NCBI GenBank assembly: GCA_003427395.1
Contig: BFEA01000043.1
Span: 929,168 to 993,167, forward strand
Origin: Chara braunii
Lineage: Eukaryota; Plantae; Charophyceae
Direction of reading: 5' to 3'
DNA length: 64,000 nt
The notes beneath the pieces were generated by a model, which was not told where the DNA came from, did no database searches, and saw only the letters and a list, made by a program, of their open reading frames with translations. Shown in pieces: positions 60,261 through 64,000 of the stretch (position 1 is its first letter; every line of letters begins with the position of its first letter). The position numbers and the translations under genes are program-made.

Positions 60261-60509
60261 ACAAGTCCCATAGGTGAACCCATTCCTGTTGAAGGGACCC
60301 TAGCCTCTGTCATTAGTGAGTTTGCGGCCACCATCCGTTTTTTCTCACCTCGGTCATGAGCTAGACCCCTTCAGTTATTGTCTTAAGCAGTCCTAGTCTC
60401 CTCATCAGTACATACTAGGCCACCATCCCTTCCTTACTTCTGTCACGAACTAGGCCTGCTATTATTCTGATCTTTCATTCTTATTGATACGGGTAGCGGA
60501 CAATCCTTA

Positions 60510-60790
60510 CCCCTTGAGACAACCTCCACTGCAGGTTCCCCAACGATATCCTCCACTGGAGCCTTTCCAACCTGTGCTCCTACCTAATGGGACCCCTAAG
60601 ACATTGCCTACTGCAGGTTCCCCACCGACATCCTCCAACAGAGTTTGTCCTACCTACCCTCCCCCCAACCATATCCTCCACTGGAGCCTATCCAACATGC
60701 GATCCTACCTAATGGGACCCCTAAGACATCCCCTACTGCAGGTTCCCCACCGATATCCTCCAACAGAGTTTGTCCTACCTACCGTCCCCC
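60510..60790. repeat. ~122-bp tandem duplication
   Basis: tcctacctaatgggacccctaagaca...ctactgcaggttccccaccga...cctccaacagagtttgtcctacctacc occurs twice. Confidence 0.9.
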
Positions 60791-60968
60791 CAGCGGGACA
60801 CCCCCTTATCCCACCTGCGGCCCTTGTCCCCCCAACGCAGAGCCCTAAGGTAACAAACTCTACGTGATCAGTCACTCCACAGCCCTGTCTGCGTCCCCGT
60901 TGTTTTTTTAACCTTGTTTTTATTCTGAACAGGTATTGAACCCCAAACCTCATTCTTATCGTTAGTCA

Positions 60969-60969
<1 letters not shown>

Positions 60970-61009
<40 letters not shown>

Positions 61010-61660
61010 CCTGCTGGAAATCGGGTCCAGCGTCCCTGTACAATGATGTGAATGTATCTGCTGGAAAGCGGGTCCAGTGCCTCTGTACAATGATGTGAAT
61101 GTATCTGCTGGAAATCGGGTCCAGCATCCGTATGCAGAGATGTGTTGATACCTCCAACTACCTATGTGTGCACGTCAGGCACTATATGTCAGATGATGGG
61201 AAACCATATCCATCTGATCTACAGTATCTCCAAACCAAACTGAGGCTTCGAGCCCAATCTTATGTATCAGACGGAACCCTAACCATGATGTGATGTGTAT
61301 AACACTGATTTGATGTGTGTCAGCTGGAAGACGGGTCCAGCGCTCCTATACAGTGATGTGTAGCTATGACCTACCTTCGGAACGGTCTGTATATGTACCG
61401 CAATCCATATGAATCAACATCCAACCAGTGTGTCTTCACTCATCGATTAATACATGTCCTCTGACGGGAAAACCCTATCCCCTAACCTAGCATAGGACTA
61501 TAGTAAGCGAGGCATCAAGCCCAATTCTATTGATCAATCCAGAAATCGAACCGTGACACAGATATGAAGCGAACCCCAGAGCTGCTGTACTCTATGTGAA
61601 GGAGCAGAGGCATTGATTACTTCCCAACGCAAGGGAAGGATTGACCTCCTGCTCATAAAG
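60970..61660 (-). mobile_element. Retroposon tail with tandemly amplified hairpin module
   Basis: Poly(T), then 3 x ~47-bp ctgctggaaa.cgggtccag...tgtacaatgatgtgaatgtat, a fourth copy at 61321, and the internal-loop motif at 61602-61654. Confidence 0.7.
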
Positions 61661-62194
61661 CATATATGTCCTATACAATGATGTGTATAGATATCATTTT
61701 GCGCATGTATTCACCAACAATAACACTCACAATTCTCATCAATCCTTTCGTGATTAAGAGTTGAGGGTCAGCCAGGTAAGAGGCAATCAACCCTAATCAT
61801 TGCAGGGAGATCATCTATCCTATCCCCACCCGGTGCCAGAAAAGAAGAGACGATTCATCATGAAAAAACACCGAGTAGGAGTGGGGGGGAACAGTACCAA
61901 ATCGTACCTTCAACCTCAAGCCCCACTCCGCCATCCGCAACAAGCTACGAAATTCCCCCCACTGCCCTGATGACGGCATCTGTCACATGATGCTGATAAG
62001 GAGCAAGGATGCAGAAGCACCACTCTCTGCCCCACTACCTCCGTGGTTGTCGCCGCCGCCGTCGTCGTGGCTGTTGTTGTTCTTCTTGTTATTGTTATTG
62101 TTGTTGTTGTTATCGTCGTCGTCGCTGTTGTCCGTGTCATCCTTCTCACCCACCTCACCCTTTTCCCCCAATCCCTGCTCACCGTCGTTTTTAT

Positions 62195-62200
62195 TGTTAC

Positions 62201-62270
<70 letters not shown>
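62195..62270. repeat. (TTG)n microsatellite within low-complexity open frame 61983-63065(-)
   Basis: Direct. Confidence 0.9.
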
Positions 62271-63439
62271 ATCCTCCTTCATGCCTATCCCACCCAGTTC
62301 GCCCATTCGCCGCTCGCCACCGTTGTTGAAGTTACTATTGTTATTGTTGTCGTTGATGGTATTGTCATTGTTGTTGTCGACCATCCCGCCCGTCTCGCCA
62401 ATCCCACCCATTCCTTGCCTCTCGTCTTCCAACCCCTGCTCCACCTCCACTATTGTTGTTGTTGAAGTTGTTGTCGTTACTGTTGCCGTCGCCGCTGCCG
62501 CTGCCGCCATTTCTACCATTACCAATCGCCCCCACTCTCCTTCCCACTCAGCTGCATCATCAGTAGCATATCCCCCCTTTCCATTGCCATCTGCACTCTC
62601 ATCAGCAACCTCCCTCTCACCTGCATCATCAGCGGCATATTCCCTCTCTGCATCACCATCTGCACTCTCATCCTCAGCCTGGTTAGAGAGTGCCATCAGG
62701 TTAGCCCACCTTTCTTCTCCCCCCCCCTCATACTCATCGCACTCGCTCACAGCAACAGCACAACTCGTCTCTCTTTCAGAATCCCAGATCTCACCTATAG
62801 CGCAGATATTTGTATAATAGCGGAGCACATCGCAATCATCATCCTGCTCACCTTCAGAATCTTCTGTAAGCGAGACTTCATCTTCATTATGAAAGAGCTT
62901 ATCCTGTAGTCGAAGTGCTCCACGTTGTAGCTGCGCTTCCATCTCCATCCCTCGCCCGGAATGCTGCACCACGTATTGCAATTCGTCGTTGGTTTTCACT
63001 GCTGGCGCTACCCCTGCCCGTGTGTCGCGGACGTTCACGTCCCTACAGCAGATGCCATGTGGCAATCAAAGAGCCACGTGTTTCTGCCGGGCGCGCGCAC
63101 AGGCCTAGCAGCCTGGGAGCTTACCTCCCCAGGCGCTAGTCGAGCCGGGGGAACTGGGCCTACCGCTCCGCCGGCGTCAGGGCGCTAGCGCTAGCGCAGC
63201 CGACCCAAAACCATCTCAATAGGACGCTGAGCCCAGTTCTCATGTGATCGTCAGTCATCTTAACCTACTGAGCTACAACATCTATTGATCTGTGTGTGTG
63301 CTGCGCTGAAGTCGAGTGAGAGACAAGTGGGCAATCACCAGAACAACCTCATAGACCGAGAACGTCAAGCAAATCTCTCCTAGCCTAGACCCAACATACA
63401 GCAACCATGGATTAAATGCCTTGGGTGATACAGTCAGTG

Positions 63440-63612
63440 TCTGTAATCCTTACCATGGACCAACCCAAGGGAGGGGTGTGTCCAGCCGTGTGTTCATTCT
63501 AACGCGCTGCCGGTGTCCATGCGCAAGGCTGCAATTGAGTTTTGAACCCACAACGTCAAACCACATTTCGCATTTCCAACCGGTGCTCTACCCACTGAGC
63601 TAATCGGCCTAA
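63440..63612 (-). mobile_element. tRNA-derived SINE head (S1/D)
   Basis: Minus-strand tagctcagtgggtagagcaccggttggaaatgcg...ggttcaaaactc. Homologous to 41420-41580. Confidence 0.8.
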
Positions 63613-64000
63613 GACAGTACCTCGTTCGGAAAAAGCACCCCAGTTGCAACCAGAAGGTGACTGAATCAAATTCATCAAGTCCGTTCGGGTATGCCTTAGT
63701 GTATGCCTGGTGCCCGATGGTCTGTCTGAGATAAGCCTTCTGAACCCCCCCCTCTCCCCCCCTCTCCCCCCCTTTCCCGCCAAAGCTTAGCAAACATTAT
63801 TGGCTATGGGTAACGTGTGCAGGGACGAGAGGGAAGACAGGGGAGCCATAGAAACTGGCGAGAATTACGCCGCATTACTACTGTTGATGGCAGTTCTCCC
63901 AGCAGCGACACCCAAACAGTCTCACTGGTGTGCATTTCATGTCACACCGTCATCGTCATCGCCATCGGTTCTGGTTTTTTTTTTTTTTTTTTTTTTTTTT

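Overview
Eukaryotic, essentially gene-free, retroelement-saturated DNA. The protein fragments and repeat style suggest a charophyte green alga such as Chara (inference only). About nine decayed L1/Tx1-type LINE fragments (APE, RT with FADD, zf-RVT-like C-terminus) are present. There is also one decayed Penelope-like element with GIY-YIG upstream of RT, tRNA-headed SINE families, long poly(A)-tailed non-coding retroposons, a few MITEs, microsatellites and N-gaps. No intact host gene could be supported. The main signal is a set of recurring, covarying RNA structure modules shared by LINEs and non-autonomous elements: (1) a 3' GGGAN-hairpin plus H-type pseudoknot (about 30 full or partial copies, in three different sequence families); (2) an internal-loop motif UYAAUC/YAAUCAAUG with covarying stems; (3) an SRP-Alu-domain-like fold (helix-UGUAA-helix with covarying loop-loop complementarity, about 11 copies). 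Together they suggest a modular, structure-based LINE-parasite system. All structures were derived by eye, and element boundaries are approximate unless a TSD/TIR is quoted.
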